This document shows positions 24,574-25,416 of a stretch of 25,416 nt of DNA, one piece after another; the first letter of the stretch is position 1; the number at the start of each line of letters is the position of its first letter. Location of the stretch: positions 1 to 25,416 of the forward strand of contig JAYTEY010000338.1 of NCBI GenBank assembly GCA_043734795.1, given 5' to 3'. The translations under genes and the position numbers were made by a program. Below the pieces are notes generated by a model. The model saw only the letters and a list, made by a program, of their open reading frames with translations, was not told the DNA's origin and did not search any database. The stretch is from Abditibacteriaceae bacterium. Lineage in GTDB: Bacteria; Armatimonadota; Abditibacteriia; Abditibacteriales; Abditibacteriaceae.

Positions 24574-25347
24574 ATGATTTCATCTATCACGTCGCGCCAA
24601 CATCCGCTGTGCAAACTGGTGCGTTCGCTGCACAATTCCAAAGGTCGCAAGAAGGAAAAGCTGTTCGTTGTCGAAGGCGGCAATGGCGTTTCTGCCGCCT
24701 TGGGCGCGCGCTGGATGTTGCAGCGTTTGATCGTTTCCGACGACGAAATCGGCGCGGAATGGCGCACGTTGGCGGCTCGTCAAAACATCGAAGTCGCGAC
24801 GGTTTCGCCCGAGATTTTGGAATATCTGAGCGACGCGCAAACCGCGCCCGACGTGATCGCATTGGCGAAGTTGCAGACAACATCGAGTACTCGATATGAC
24901 GGTTTGACTTTGATTTTGGACGGCATCGGCGATCCGGGAAACGTCGGCACTTTGATTCGCACAGCTGATGCGGTCGGCGCGAACGGAATCGTTCTGACCG
25001 AAAACAGCGCCGATGCGTGGAGTCCCAAAGTCGTGCGCGCGAGTGCGGGAAGCGTGTTCCATTTGCCGCCAACCGAAAGCGAAATCGCCGAACTTTTAGC
25101 CAAACTTCAAGATGAAAATGTGCCGATAATCGCGGCTGTGGCGCACGACGGCGAAGATTGTTTTCATTTCAGTTGGCCGACCAAATGCGCCTTGGTTTTG
25201 GGTCACGAAACGCGCGGGGTTTCGGCTGAAATTGAAGCGGCAGCAACCGCGCGTGTGACAATTCCGATGTTTGGGCGGGCCGAAAGTTTGAATGTCGCCA
25301 ACGCGGGCGCGATTTTGATGTATGCGTGGCGGCAAGGCCAGAATTAG
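24574..25347 (+). CDS. TrmH/SpoU (SPOUT) RNA methyltransferase, TsnR/YsgA-like (257 aa)
   Basis: N-terminal ITSRQHP..K..R.L...K.R...LFVVEG; motifs DPGNVGTLIRTADA, VVRASAG, LVLGHETRGVS, IPMFGRAESLNVA. The track start at 24514 lies inside the REP. Confidence 0.93.
   Translation: MISSITSRQHPLCKLVRSLHNSKGRKKEKLFVVEGGNGVSAALGARWMLQRLIVSDDEIGAEWRTLAARQNIEVATVSPEILEYLSDAQTAPDVIALAKLQTTSSTRYDGLTLILDGIGDPGNVGTLIRTADAVGANGIVLTENSADAWSPKVVRASAGSVFHLPPTESEIAELLAKLQDENVPIIAAVAHDGEDCFHFSWPTKCALVLGHETRGVSAEIEAAATARVTIPMFGRAESLNVANAGAILMYAWRQGQN
24882..24895. repeat. Iterated palindrome (exact)
   Basis: In the TrmH interdomain linker, read as SSTR. Confidence 0.95.
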
Positions 25348-25373
25348 CCGCAGAATTTACAGAAACCACGGAA

Positions 25374-25387
25374 ATCGAGTACTCGAT
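25374..25387. repeat. Iterated palindrome (exact)
   Basis: Intergenic, downstream of the TrmH stop. Confidence 0.95.
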
Positions 25388-25416
25388 ATGCCAACGAACC
25401 CAGAGCGTAAGCGACG

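Noticed and set aside
25388-25416. Possible ORF start (MPTNPERKR) at the window edge
   Set aside because: Too short to evaluate and no RBS is evident.

Overview
This 25.4 kb window is core bacterial chromosome, roughly 55-60% GC by eye. Taxonomy cannot be determined from the sequence alone. Gene order: DUF1854, DUF2283-like, VanW/glycosyltransferase fusion (-), a signal-peptide ORF directly upstream of an unusually large secA (~2260 aa), an SDR, a low-GC CxxC protein, a YiiX-like amidase, a frameshifted GT1 glycosyltransferase (-), tRNA-Ser(TGA), dut, DUF4446, secF and secD (all -), tRNA-Val(CAC), a membrane protein, infC (ATA start), rpmI, rplT, a GH65 lipoprotein and a TrmH-family methyltransferase. 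The dominant unexplained signal is the 14-bp palindrome ATCGAGTACTCGAT: I counted 20 exact and 9 near-exact copies, about one per 0.9 kb. It occurs in many intergenic gaps and in all three reading frames of genes (as SSTR, RVLD or IEYS), favours poorly constrained protein segments, and is built into terminators. This looks like a HIP1-type highly iterated palindrome with a new, longer sequence. Other leads are a SecM-like candidate secretion-monitor ORF upstream of secA, about 1200 aa of insertions in SecA, two REP families (one nested in a MITE-like element and one overlapping a lipoprotein signal peptide), and a 90-nt G-U-rich minus-strand hairpin. All protein calls come from motif recognition by eye, with no database searches.
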